Positions 30,246 to 38,524 of a stretch of DNA of 56,221 nucleotides are shown here, one piece after another. The notes below the pieces were generated by a model that ran no database searches, had not been told where the DNA came from, and worked only from the letters and a program-made list of their open reading frames with translations. A program made the position numbers and the translations under genes. Origin of the DNA: a virus (lineage: Duplodnaviria; Caudoviricetes). The stretch covers positions 1 to 56,221 of the IMG/VR virus record IMGVR_UViG_3300020045_002855, one strand, 5' to 3'. Positions within the stretch are counted from its first letter, which is position 1. Each line of letters opens with the position of its first letter.

Positions 30246-31655
30246 CTACAGCCTACCCAGCAGCATGTCACGTAGATTCTTTTTTGTCCTCTCCACTTTG
30301 GAAACTAAGTCATCGTTAGCGAAAAGTCGCTGTAGAAGCTCTACCTGCACAGTGCCTTCGGCTACTGCGAACCTTTGAGTAGGCGTTTTTAACTGCCCTA
30401 CTCTATCTAGTCTGCCCAAACTCTGCTTAGACAGTAGAGGTGTAGTGCTAGTCTCCAGGAACAGAGACTCCCAGCAAACACCTTGAGGGTTTAGTCCTGC
30501 ACCGCAGCTCTGTGGTTGACCCACAAGAACCCTTGTCGCAGGGTCATCCATAAATAGGTCAATGGATTTCTGCGAGTCGGCTTCTGAGTAAGCAGCTACA
30601 GCCTGGATTCCTTTATCTTTTAGGTAGGCTAGAACACTACGACTTGTCAGCTTGTAAAGAGTCCAGACAATAAGTTTAGACCTACCTTCTTTTTCACAGG
30701 CTGTTTGATCTATAACAGAATCAAGTAGTTCGTAACCTGCTGACTTGTTTGTAGCGTCTCCACTAAAGTAGTCGTAGTTGATAATAATCTGTTGCAAATT
30801 ATGGTAAAGCCTCTGCGCCGTTGTAGCGTCGATCTTTGTTCCATCATCTAGCAAAAGCAACTGCTCATCCACGAGTCTTTCGTACAATTTCTTATGTTGC
30901 GACGAAAGTTGATAAGTGCAGTCTGGGTAGATTGGGTCGTTCTTATATCCGTGAATCTCTTCTTTAGTCCTAGAGATGCGATGAATGGCGAAGTTTTCTG
31001 CCAGTACGTCAAGGTTTCGCCACTTAGTGACGGAGCCGAAGAAGTCTCGTTCCTCTACATGCAACCGCTCAAAGTGACCCACACTTCGGTAAAGCTGGGG
31101 AGACTTGAGCTTGATGTAGCTGTAGGCATCTGCAGGCTTTGACGTAGGGGTGCCTGTCAACATCTGCAGAGAATTACCTGCTGACAGATTTTGCACTTTT
31201 TTGAATAGTACGGATTGGGGGTTTTTTATTCCATGAGCTTCATCCACGATTAATTCAGGGTGCCTGTTGCGTAGTGCAGTATCAAGTCTCCCGAAGTCAT
31301 CCCTAAAAATTGCGTGGGAGCAGACAACCCACCTTGCTTCTGAAAGGTCTAAACCTTGCCTGTAAGTAGGTTTGCCTTGGTACTGGACTACCCGCTCAGA
31401 AACTTTCTGCAACCACCTCACCCAGGGTCTGATAAGGATTGGTGGAACTGTCACTACAGTAACGTTAGATCCCAACATCAAGGAAACTACGGTTGATAGA
31501 ACGGTTTTACCTCCTCCAACCTCATAGGTACACAGGGTTCTACCCCATTGTACCATTGTTTCAGCATCTTTCTGTTGTATCTCAGTTAGTTGAAATCCAG
31601 CCTTAGCGGAGAAGCCTGTGGCTGCATCAAACTCCGTATAAGATTTATAAGTCAT
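30246..31655 (-). CDS. SF2 (SNF2-like) helicase
   Basis: EVGGGKT, IVDEAH, LTGTP, GAGLNPQ, QSLGRLDRVGQ. Confidence 0.9.
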   Translation of the reverse strand: MTYKSYTEFDAATGFSAKAGFQLTEIQQKDAETMVQWGRTLCTYEVGGGKTVLSTVVSLMLGSNVTVVTVPPILIRPWVRWLQKVSERVVQYQGKPTYRQGLDLSEARWVVCSHAIFRDDFGRLDTALRNRHPELIVDEAHGIKNPQSVLFKKVQNLSAGNSLQMLTGTPTSKPADAYSYIKLKSPQLYRSVGHFERLHVEERDFFGSVTKWRNLDVLAENFAIHRISRTKEEIHGYKNDPIYPDCTYQLSSQHKKLYERLVDEQLLLLDDGTKIDATTAQRLYHNLQQIIINYDYFSGDATNKSAGYELLDSVIDQTACEKEGRSKLIVWTLYKLTSRSVLAYLKDKGIQAVAAYSEADSQKSIDLFMDDPATRVLVGQPQSCGAGLNPQGVCWESLFLETSTTPLLSKQSLGRLDRVGQLKTPTQRFAVAEGTVQVELLQRLFANDDLVSKVERTKKNLRDMLLGRL

Positions 31656-32020
31656 CTGCAGGATTCCAGTACATAAGTAGTCTGTGGGTCCAAGTCTCCT
31701 AGGTTCTCGTCCACCAAGCGAATGAATTGTTCCTGATTAAGTAACGTTATCCAGGTCTCTAGTGGCTCTCCTTTAATCTGAACTTGATTTACAAATACAT
31801 GAGCCATACGAAAGTATTTACAGGCCTCTACGTGATCGGCAGAAGTGGTTATTACACCTCTTTTAGCTGCCCACGTTAGATTGAAAGCTGCATAATCAAG
31901 ATGTGCTATGGCTCCTATGCCGTGCCTTCCTGCCGGGGTGTCTAACACATACTCCGATGGGTGTTTGGGACTCCAGTAGAATTTACTCAATTGCTGGAAT
32001 AGTTCCTGTACTGTCTGCAC
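31652..32020 (-). CDS. Hypothetical protein
   Basis: 122-aa ORF; GGAGG RBS; stop overlaps the helicase start. Confidence 0.55.
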   Translation of the reverse strand: MQTVQELFQQLSKFYWSPKHPSEYVLDTPAGRHGIGAIAHLDYAAFNLTWAAKRGVITTSADHVEACKYFRMAHVFVNQVQIKGEPLETWITLLNQEQFIRLVDENLGDLDPQTTYVLESCR

Positions 32021-32161
32021 TAAATCCCTCCTTTCTGAAATTTTCCAACATCTGCAACTTATCTGCTTTAGATGTAAAGTAGTCTTCCGTGACCTGAACT
32101 ACGTCTGATTGCACACTCCCCACGTAGCGCGCCCACATGTCACCTGCTATAACTACAAACA

Positions 32162-33055
32162 TTACATATCCTCCTGTGCTCGCCAACCAATCCAGCGGCC
32201 GTGCCGTGGTTGGCCATTAGTCATAGTGCCGTAGCTCATGCTACGGAACTTGACTAAGCGCCCTGTATAAGCAGCTTGATTGTTCCAGATCTCGGTACGT
32301 TCTGGGTGCGTCAAACGACCTGCTGCAACTCTTATTTGCAGGCCTGTGGTTAAGTCTGTAGCAATAAAGCCACCGCACATGCCGTTACCGACCTTGTTCT
32401 CCGCATGAGTTGAACGCTTGGTCTCCCCCACCTCGTTGGTGTAGGCTTCGTTGTTGTTGGTCTCAGCTTCATACACTGAAAGGATACGAGCTTCCCAGTC
32501 ACTTTCGGGCTTGAGTTTCAATTGGATTTGATTCTTAGCGGTGCTACGACCTTGAATGTAAGGGCCTGTAGGGTCTTTGAGGATTGCGCCTTCGTAACCT
32601 TCCTCAATAAATTGGGAGTAATAACTATCTACGTCGGCTTGGTTGGAGCAGTAAAACTGCTCTACCAAAACTACCCGAGGCTGTTGCAGGGCATTCACCT
32701 TAAATGCCAGAGTTACGGACCTCTCAGCCGCGTTTAGTTTGGGTTCATTCACAAGGTCAAACACATGGAAGCTGAACTCTGGCTCTCCTGCGTGACTCAT
32801 GACTGCACTGAATGTGCGTCCATAAACACCCTCGTCTGCAGGGTTGCCTACAAGTAGTTCCCCATCAAAACCATCTGGTACGCTGGCCTCCAGCCAGTCA
32901 CGAATGAACTTGTTGGGTATAGGTTTGCCGCTCTTGGTAATTGCCTTACCTTCGTGGATAACGCAACGAATGCCATCTAGTTTTTTAGACGCAAGGATGG
33001 GGAACCTTAGCGCATACTTGTCACTGGGAGCGCAACTTCGCATAGGTTTAAACAT
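32162..33055 (-). CDS. ATP-dependent DNA ligase
   Basis: KLDGIRC, FDGEL, FHVFD, EGAILK, KLK and PRH motifs; start set at MFKPM. Confidence 0.92.
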   Translation of the reverse strand: MFKPMRSCAPSDKYALRFPILASKKLDGIRCVIHEGKAITKSGKPIPNKFIRDWLEASVPDGFDGELLVGNPADEGVYGRTFSAVMSHAGEPEFSFHVFDLVNEPKLNAAERSVTLAFKVNALQQPRVVLVEQFYCSNQADVDSYYSQFIEEGYEGAILKDPTGPYIQGRSTAKNQIQLKLKPESDWEARILSVYEAETNNNEAYTNEVGETKRSTHAENKVGNGMCGGFIATDLTTGLQIRVAAGRLTHPERTEIWNNQAAYTGRLVKFRSMSYGTMTNGQPRHGRWIGWRAQEDM

Positions 33056-33509
33056 TTTTAGCCTTATGTTTGAGTTCTGAATCCAATCGTTTGAGAACCT
33101 TGCGCAAGTCCTCATTAGTCATGTTGTCAAGTTGTGCATCATGCACTGCACAAGTCTGAATAAGAAGCTCTTTCTCGTGCTCCTCCATCATCGCACGACC
33201 TTGATCTACACTGTTTAAGTAGACCACAGCTTCTGTAACTAAACTCAGCGCCGTACTCAACTCACTCAGGTGACTTGCGTAGAACATCTTAGAGGTCATA
33301 ACTGCAACGGTGAAGGCACCTTGCAGTAGAGTGTAATCTGTGACCGTTGCAGTGTCTTCTAGGACGAGCTTGAGGGCTGAGTTACTTGTTAGCTTTAGCT
33401 GCAGCACGTCTTGGCTGCTTAATGATGCTTTACGACTTCTAGCGATAGCTAGTTTTTGTAAAGTTCGTGTAGGGCTGTAACTCTTTTTCCGGCTTTTGCT
33501 GACTGGCAT
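33048..33509 (-). CDS. Hypothetical helical protein
   Basis: 153-aa ORF with basic N-terminus, within the operon. Confidence 0.55.
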   Translation of the reverse strand: MPVSKSRKKSYSPTRTLQKLAIARSRKASLSSQDVLQLKLTSNSALKLVLEDTATVTDYTLLQGAFTVAVMTSKMFYASHLSELSTALSLVTEAVVYLNSVDQGRAMMEEHEKELLIQTCAVHDAQLDNMTNEDLRKVLKRLDSELKHKAKNV

Positions 33510-33699
33510 TCATTCTTTCTTTGACTGAGTGAGGGATTACGGGTTTATAGCACCATGCAAGTGCGCCATCATGCCAGGGACCTGGGACAAGAACTCCACC
33601 ACAGGTTAGTACAAGCAGGTTCTCTCCGCGTGGCGGGGCTTTCTCAAGTGGGTCGTACATTACCCATTCAGGGTTAGTCGGGTGCTTTGGGTCGCTCAT
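33439..33699 (-). CDS. Hypothetical protein
   Basis: AGGAG RBS; PPRG..LLVLT.GGVLV.GPW......W motif. Confidence 0.55.
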   Translation of the reverse strand: MSDPKHPTNPEWVMYDPLEKAPPRGENLLVLTCGGVLVPGPWHDGALAWCYKPVIPHSVKERMNASQQKPEKELQPYTNFTKTSYR

Positions 33700-33730
33700 T
33701 TATCTCCTTTGGTTGAAGTCTGTGGTGTAT

Positions 33731-33949
33731 TCATTTTATCTCATTCATAAGTGAAAATGCTGTCTCGATGGCAAGTCTTATGCCCGCAGATAGGTTTCCT
33801 CCTCCTATTTTTCTAGCTGCTCTAGCATGCCATGATGTAATTCTTGCGTTGTAGTTGTCCATTGCACAGTCTTGTGATGGGTTTAGTCTGGGTCTTCCGG
33901 CCTGCGTAACAGGTTCTGGGTTACTTTCGTCCTGCGAAATATTTTGCAT
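33731..33949 (-). CDS. Small ribbon-helix-helix-like DNA-binding protein
   Basis: AGRP....., beta-like YNARIT, then ARKIGGGNLSAGIRLAIE; AGGAG RBS. Confidence 0.55.
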   Translation of the reverse strand: MQNISQDESNPEPVTQAGRPRLNPSQDCAMDNYNARITSWHARAARKIGGGNLSAGIRLAIETAFSLMNEIK

Positions 33950-34011
33950 TACGTCTCCTGCCCTATTATTAGTTTGTTCTGAATTTTATCACTCAGGACT
34001 AGGAGGTAACT

Positions 34012-35022
34012 ATGACTTTTGAGGCTGTCCTCTCGGACCTCAAAACGCACGAAGACAAAAGTCAAGCGCGATTTGAGGAATTACGTACTACCATTGAAGG
34101 AAAAACCATGTCAGAACCTGTCAGCGTTAAAAACATTTTTGATGGCAACCCTGCCGCTAGCATGATCCCCCTGCTAACAGGTGGGATGGGAAACACGGGG
34201 GCGGCTATGGGTGGGGGCCTTGGTGCCGGTTTGCTGGGCGGAGTCTTGGGCGGCGTGCTGCTCAATCGTGGCGGCTTGCTTGGGCAGGACGGCGCTGGGG
34301 GTGGTGTTGTCACTCCTGCACTACTTGCCTCAAGTCTTGCCCAGGTGACGGACACCCAAAATAATACTACCGTGATGCAGTCCCTTGGGGACATTAAAGC
34401 GTCCATACCCTTGGCGGAAGGTCAAGTCCAACTTGCTCTTGCAGGTACACAGGCTTCACTGACAAGCCAGGCTACTATGAACCAACTAGGTTTGCTGGCT
34501 GGTCAGGCCAGTATTACCAAGTCTGTATCAGATGCCATAGCGTCGTCTTTGGCCTCTCAAAACAACCTAAATGTTAACATTTTGAACAGTGCTGCTGCAA
34601 CTAAAGAAAGCATTGCAGCTTTCGGTGTGGCAAATCTGACAGCTACTCAAAATGCACAAACTGCGGTTACTGCATCCATCAACGCCAGCACCAAGGAGAT
34701 CATCTCTGCGCTGAATGATCAGAATGTTGCCAACCTGCAACGTCAGCTAACTGTCGCTGAACAGGCTTTGCTGGAACGTAATGCTGTACTACGTAGTCGT
34801 GAGACAGAAATTAATATCACGAACACTAACACAGCAAATGCGCAGCAAATGCAGACGCAAAACCAACAGCAGCAACAGTTCCAAATCTTGGCTAACCTAG
34901 CTGCTACTGTCAGTAACTTGGCAAATGATATTCAGGTGGTGCGTCAGGGACAGGTAACGTTCAACAGCGGCACTATGGTGGGATCAGGGACCCAATCAGC
35001 AGCAAACACAAAGGTAAATTAA
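34012..35022 (+). CDS. Gly-rich hydrophobic segment plus long Gln/Asn/Ala coiled-coil protein, function unknown
   Basis: Only long + strand ORF in a 40-kb - strand block; AGGAGG RBS; second in-frame ATG at 34108 with an AAGGAA RBS. Confidence 0.85.
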   Translation: MTFEAVLSDLKTHEDKSQARFEELRTTIEGKTMSEPVSVKNIFDGNPAASMIPLLTGGMGNTGAAMGGGLGAGLLGGVLGGVLLNRGGLLGQDGAGGGVVTPALLASSLAQVTDTQNNTTVMQSLGDIKASIPLAEGQVQLALAGTQASLTSQATMNQLGLLAGQASITKSVSDAIASSLASQNNLNVNILNSAAATKESIAAFGVANLTATQNAQTAVTASINASTKEIISALNDQNVANLQRQLTVAEQALLERNAVLRSRETEINITNTNTANAQQMQTQNQQQQQFQILANLAATVSNLANDIQVVRQGQVTFNSGTMVGSGTQSAANTKVN

Positions 35023-35049
35023 AACCTCGTTACGGTTTGCTAATGTTAG

Positions 35050-35073
35050 AAAAAGGGGCTTAGGCCCCTTTTT
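35050..35073. terminator. Bidirectional terminator
   Basis: AAAAAGGGGC-ttag-GCCCCTTTTT between convergent genes. Confidence 0.85.
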
Positions 35074-35278
35074 CTTTTACAGAGTCCTGCCAGGATGTTA
35101 CAAATTGTTTCACTGCGCTCCGCCCTTGTTCTGTCTCCAAGAACACCTGAAACTCGCCCAGGGCGGATGAAACAAATAGCTGCTGCTCTTTGCTAAGGGC
35201 AGCAGCTACAGAAGCTTTTGCTTCTGGAAACAGGTCAATCAAACTGACTCCTGGAAAAAGAGTAGAGAGTACGCTCAT
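35060..35278 (-). CDS. 72-aa helical protein convergent with the coiled-coil gene
   Basis: MSVLSTLF...LSKEQQLFV....F..FLETEQGRSAV..F; AGGAG RBS preceded by a 13-bp hairpin (35293-35329). Confidence 0.7.
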   Translation of the reverse strand: MSVLSTLFPGVSLIDLFPEAKASVAAALSKEQQLFVSSALGEFQVFLETEQGRSAVKQFVTSWQDSVKEKGA

Positions 35279-35352
35279 AATTTCTCCTATATCAAACCAG
35301 TTATCTGGGAATACCGGATAACTGGTTTGCTGTTTTCCCGACAAGTATGGGA

Positions 35353-35484
35353 TCAGACGAAACTGGACTTACCGCACTTGGTGCAGCGGAACATCTTGCC
35401 CATGCCCATGTTGATGCGTACACCCTCATCCCAGGTGTGATGGCAGCGACGTCGGGCCAGCCAGGTGCGAAACAAATTCAACAT
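35353..35484 (-). CDS. Small Cys/His zinc-ribbon-like protein
   Basis: MLNLFRTWLARRRCHHTW...FRCTKCGK; AAGGA RBS. Confidence 0.5.
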   Translation of the reverse strand: MLNLFRTWLARRRCHHTWDEGVRINMGMGKMFRCTKCGKSSFV

Positions 35485-35524
35485 GTCAGATCCTTTCAAG
35501 TGGTGTCCGGCAGGGAGATGGGAA

Positions 35525-36927
35525 TTACGCAGGAATGGCAACAATAGCCAGCGGAGGAACCATTGCGCCGCCTGCTCCACCTGCTTTCGCAGTTGCCGAT
35601 CCAGCAATCACAGTCCACTGCTGAATCGTGCCAGTGACGGCTTGACCAGGAGTCAACCCTGACATCTCGGTGGTCATGCTTACCACGCCTTTTTGTCCTG
35701 AAATACCAACGGCTGCTGCGCGTGTAGTAGTGCTTTGCGTGCCAGCCATGCGCATAAAAAGCACATCATTTGCAGTCCACTCGTAATAGACCGAAACCTG
35801 AAAAATGACCTTGCCAGTTGGTCCAGCCACTGTCGTAATCTTGCCGTTTGTCGCGTCAATATTTGCCGCCGAAGTAGTTGTCGCGACGGATAGGGCGGTT
35901 GTGGGTGAGTAGATGGTATCAACGGGTGCTGGTGGGATTCCAGACCTAAGTGCTGCAGTTTTACGCGCAGCACTTAGTGGAGTTTCTGCTTCTGATTTGT
36001 ATGTTGCTGGTAAGCTGGCTACAAGCTCTCCTGACAGATTTGTGAACCCGGCAAACTTCGCGGTGCTAGCACCTGCCGAGCAAAAATGCTCACACATCAA
36101 AACACTTGATGGCACATCAGAAAGTTTAAAAACACTGATTGCCAGCACCCCGCACATAGCGGCAATTTCAGCATCCGTGATGGTCATTTGCGATCCATCA
36201 GGCAGCGTTGTGTAAGCAATGCCTGATGTGGCATCCAGTATGGAATCGCAAATCCATGGGTTACGCCGTCAGCAGCAGGGTTTGTAAAGTTTTGAGTCTT
36301 GACAACAAATAGATTGCCAATGCCATTACAGACAAACCATTTGGCTTGCCCGGTAGCCCCGGTTCCCGGAATGACCGACATATGCAACCAAGACTTGGGT
36401 ACGTTAGTTCCACCGCCCTCGTAAATACCATCCCATGCTGCATAAGTCGTATTTCCGTTACCGTCATCAGAACCGGCAGGCATGGTCCATGAACAAACAA
36501 CCCGGCCAACCGGACCTGACTGCTGTGATTGATAGTAGTCGGCCAATCCGCCTGAGCCAGCGCCAGCCTGATTATTTACGATCAACCGCCCTGAGTTGAT
36601 AATTGGGGTCCGGCCGGTCGCATTGAATGTGTAGTCAGCCACCTGCCCAGTGTCCAAAAAACTGGGCGGTGCACCATTTGTCTTTGTTGTGAAATCCACA
36701 TACGCAGACAAATTCCCATCCCCATCCACCAAGATTCCACCAGTACCGGTGCCTCGAAGCGTGAATGTTACACCCGTATCACTGTTTACGCAGTGAGAGC
36801 CTAACGCAGGAGCATAACCACCACTAGCAATAGCTGCGTTAATGGTGGCAATTTCTGCCGTTGTGTACGCACCAAGGTAGGGCGTATTCACACCTCGGAG
36901 TTGGCGCAAAAAGTCTAAGACAGCCAC
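35525..36927 (-). pseudogene. Fibre/receptor-binding-like gene split into two ORFs (36184-36927 and 35525-36187), probably by a -1 frameshift near 36258-36260
   Basis: Gly/Thr/Ala-rich beta-type sequence in both halves; the downstream frame is open from 36268 and reads PWICDSILDATSGIAYTTLPDGSQ into MTITDAE. Confidence 0.6.
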
Positions 36928-37135
36928 GGGAGTCCTTATAAATAAGGTTCATTTTACTGCTACCCTCTTCTATAGAGGGTAGCAGTATGTCTCACATCCC
37001 TGAGGGAGCAGGGAAAACGTGGTCGTAACAGACCTGACGACTGCCATACTGGTCTTTGCGAATGCTGAGACATGTCAGGTCTCTTGACTATCGCATGAGT
37101 AAGAGGCCCCATAAGTGTACACCTTGCGGTCTTCT

Positions 37136-37321
37136 TTAGGGCGAAGTGCATAGCTGCTCCAGGCGTTTTTGGAGTTCTTCCACCGTAGGGCATTCTTTCC
37201 AAAGCGCCGTGACTTCTGTCAAGTTCATGTTAACCAGAAGAGTGTATTGTTTGCTTAACGCTCTGCATGCGTCTAATAGGTCTTGTAGAACCTGCAAAGC
37301 TTCGATCTCTTCTGTAGTCAT
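37136..37321 (-). CDS. Hypothetical protein
   Basis: MTTEEIEALQ...; ATGA-coupled, AGGAG RBS. Confidence 0.5.
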   Translation of the reverse strand: MTTEEIEALQVLQDLLDACRALSKQYTLLVNMNLTEVTALWKECPTVEELQKRLEQLCTSP

Positions 37322-37659
37322 TTCTGCTCCTTGCAACCACGCCACGCAAAACCCTGTATTTCTCCTGTTCTTTCTCTCAGAGAATTTCTTAATGCCCACT
37401 CCTTTGAGGAGTGCGAATAGAACCAACCGTTATCCCACCACGCCCAGCGTACAGCTTTTTTACTCTGCACCTCAAACAACTTTTGATATAGTCCTTTGTG
37501 TACTGGGCTCACACTAGCAGGAAACCAGTACGTCTCCTGACCTGTAGTTGGAAATTCCTTGTTAAGGCTAGCCAGCCGATTGTCCAGTTTCTTTGCTACT
37601 TCTCGTAAAGCCTTAATGTTCTCATCCATCGTCTTTGTAGGATCGAAGACCAGGTTCAT
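37318..37659 (-). CDS. Hypothetical protein
   Basis: 113 aa; WFP....PVH.GLY and WRG motifs; ATGA-coupled. Confidence 0.6.
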   Translation of the reverse strand: MNLVFDPTKTMDENIKALREVAKKLDNRLASLNKEFPTTGQETYWFPASVSPVHKGLYQKLFEVQSKKAVRWAWWDNGWFYSHSSKEWALRNSLRERTGEIQGFAWRGCKEQK

Positions 37660-37886
37660 GACTTCTCCAGTTTGCGTTGTTTGTGGTCCATATTAAACCA
37701 CCAGGAATAACAAGCTTTGTTAGCTAACTCTTGATCTTCTTTCAGAATCTTCTTTAGATCTACAGAAGCCGTCCCTGCTTGGTAGCCCTTGGCGTAGACC
37801 TTGCCAAGTTCTTTGTGGTAGTTGGCAAATACATAAACAGCCGAGATGATCTGTACTACTACGTAGCACATGAGTAACTTACTCCG
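37656..37886 (-). CDS. Small membrane-anchored protein
   Basis: N-terminal hydrophobic helix LLMCYVVVQIISAVYVFA. Confidence 0.55.
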   Translation of the reverse strand, partial: RSKLLMCYVVVQIISAVYVFANYHKELGKVYAKGYQAGTASVDLKKILKEDQELANKACYSWWFNMDHKQRKLEKS

Positions 37887-38043
37887 CATAGCAAGACTCA
37901 CTCAGAAGTCTTTCAAATGCTTCTTTCCAGAGCAGGGCAGCACCTGACCAGACCGGGTAAGGGTTATGTACCTCTGCGCCCGATAGTGCTTCAATTGCAG
38001 CTTTTTCAGCCCTATTAATTACTACTGCTTGAGAGATAATCAT
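37879..38043 (-). CDS. Hypothetical protein
   Basis: MIISQAVV...NPYP..S.AA..W; AAGGAG RBS. Confidence 0.55.
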   Translation of the reverse strand: MIISQAVVINRAEKAAIEALSGAEVHNPYPVWSGAALLWKEAFERLLSESCYAE

Positions 38044-38213
38044 GCTAACTCCTTCATCAAAATCTGAGTCTGTTCTCTGCGCAAAGCAAGTTGGCATTCA
38101 TTGTGGTACTGGAACAGTCGGATGTAGTCCTCTGGACGACCTCCAAACTTTTTCGCACGTTCAGTTGCAGAGGGCACAAGGATAATGGGTTTGTTGCATC
38201 GTTTGCAATTCAT
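38040..38213 (-). CDS. 57-aa CxxC protein (not in the ORF track)
   Basis: MNCKRCNKPIILVPSATERAKKFGGRPEDYIRLFQYHNECQLALRREQTQILMKELA*; stop overlaps the next start. Confidence 0.6.
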   Translation of the reverse strand: MNCKRCNKPIILVPSATERAKKFGGRPEDYIRLFQYHNECQLALRREQTQILMKELA

Positions 38214-38232
38214 GGTTCTCTCTTTTTAAAGT

Positions 38233-38342
38233 TTCAACTAACCCCGCTAGCATGAAGCAGCTTGCTTTAGTGTTTGGGTAGTCTATGTGGTAAGTACAGA
38301 CGTTTGTACCTGCGGAGCTAAACCGCAAGTCGGGATGTTGAA
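38233..38342 (-). ncRNA. Candidate multi-branched structured RNA directly after a tRNA-like gene
   Basis: Closing stems TTCAAC/GTTGAA and CCCG/CGGG enclose hairpins TGCGG/CCGCA, GTACA/TGTAC and AAGCA/TGCTT. Confidence 0.4.
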
Positions 38343-38344
38343 GG

Positions 38345-38420
38345 TGGTTGCGTAGACTGGCCTTGAACCAGTGTCTTCCAGGGGATGTACCTGTTGCTCT
38401 ACCTACTGAGCTACTACGCG
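38345..38420 (-). tRNA. Initiator-like tRNA (CAT) with a non-canonical anticodon loop
   Basis: 76-nt cloverleaf, CGCGTAG/CTACGCA acceptor with C1:A72 mismatch, encoded ACCA; loop TACATCC lacks U33 and purine 37. Confidence 0.75.
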
Positions 38421-38427
38421 GAATCTG

Positions 38428-38507
38428 TGGCCCCTTCTGCAGGAATCGAACCTGCGACGCACACTAGCTGCGCAACTAATGCCGCTCTGCCACTGAGCTA
38501 AGTCGGG
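38428..38507 (-). tRNA. tRNA-like gene with an extended anticodon hairpin and no readable anticodon
   Basis: Canonical D arm (GCTC-AGTGGCA-GAGC), T arm (GCAGG-TTCGATT-CCTGC) and CCA; 22-nt anticodon arm; two acceptor-stem mismatches. Confidence 0.65.
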
Positions 38508-38524
38508 AAACAAAATATTGCATT

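Noticed and set aside
36277-36283. AAACCCT as a programmed -1 slippery site joining the two fibre-like ORFs
   Set aside because: The -1 frame meets a TGA at 36269-36271 just downstream, so a shift there would terminate
38233-38344. tRNA-associated HDV-like (theta) ribozyme after the tRNA 3' ends
   Set aside because: I could not fit the nested double pseudoknot or the expected first G after any of the five tRNA-like genes; a covariance search would be needed to exclude it fully
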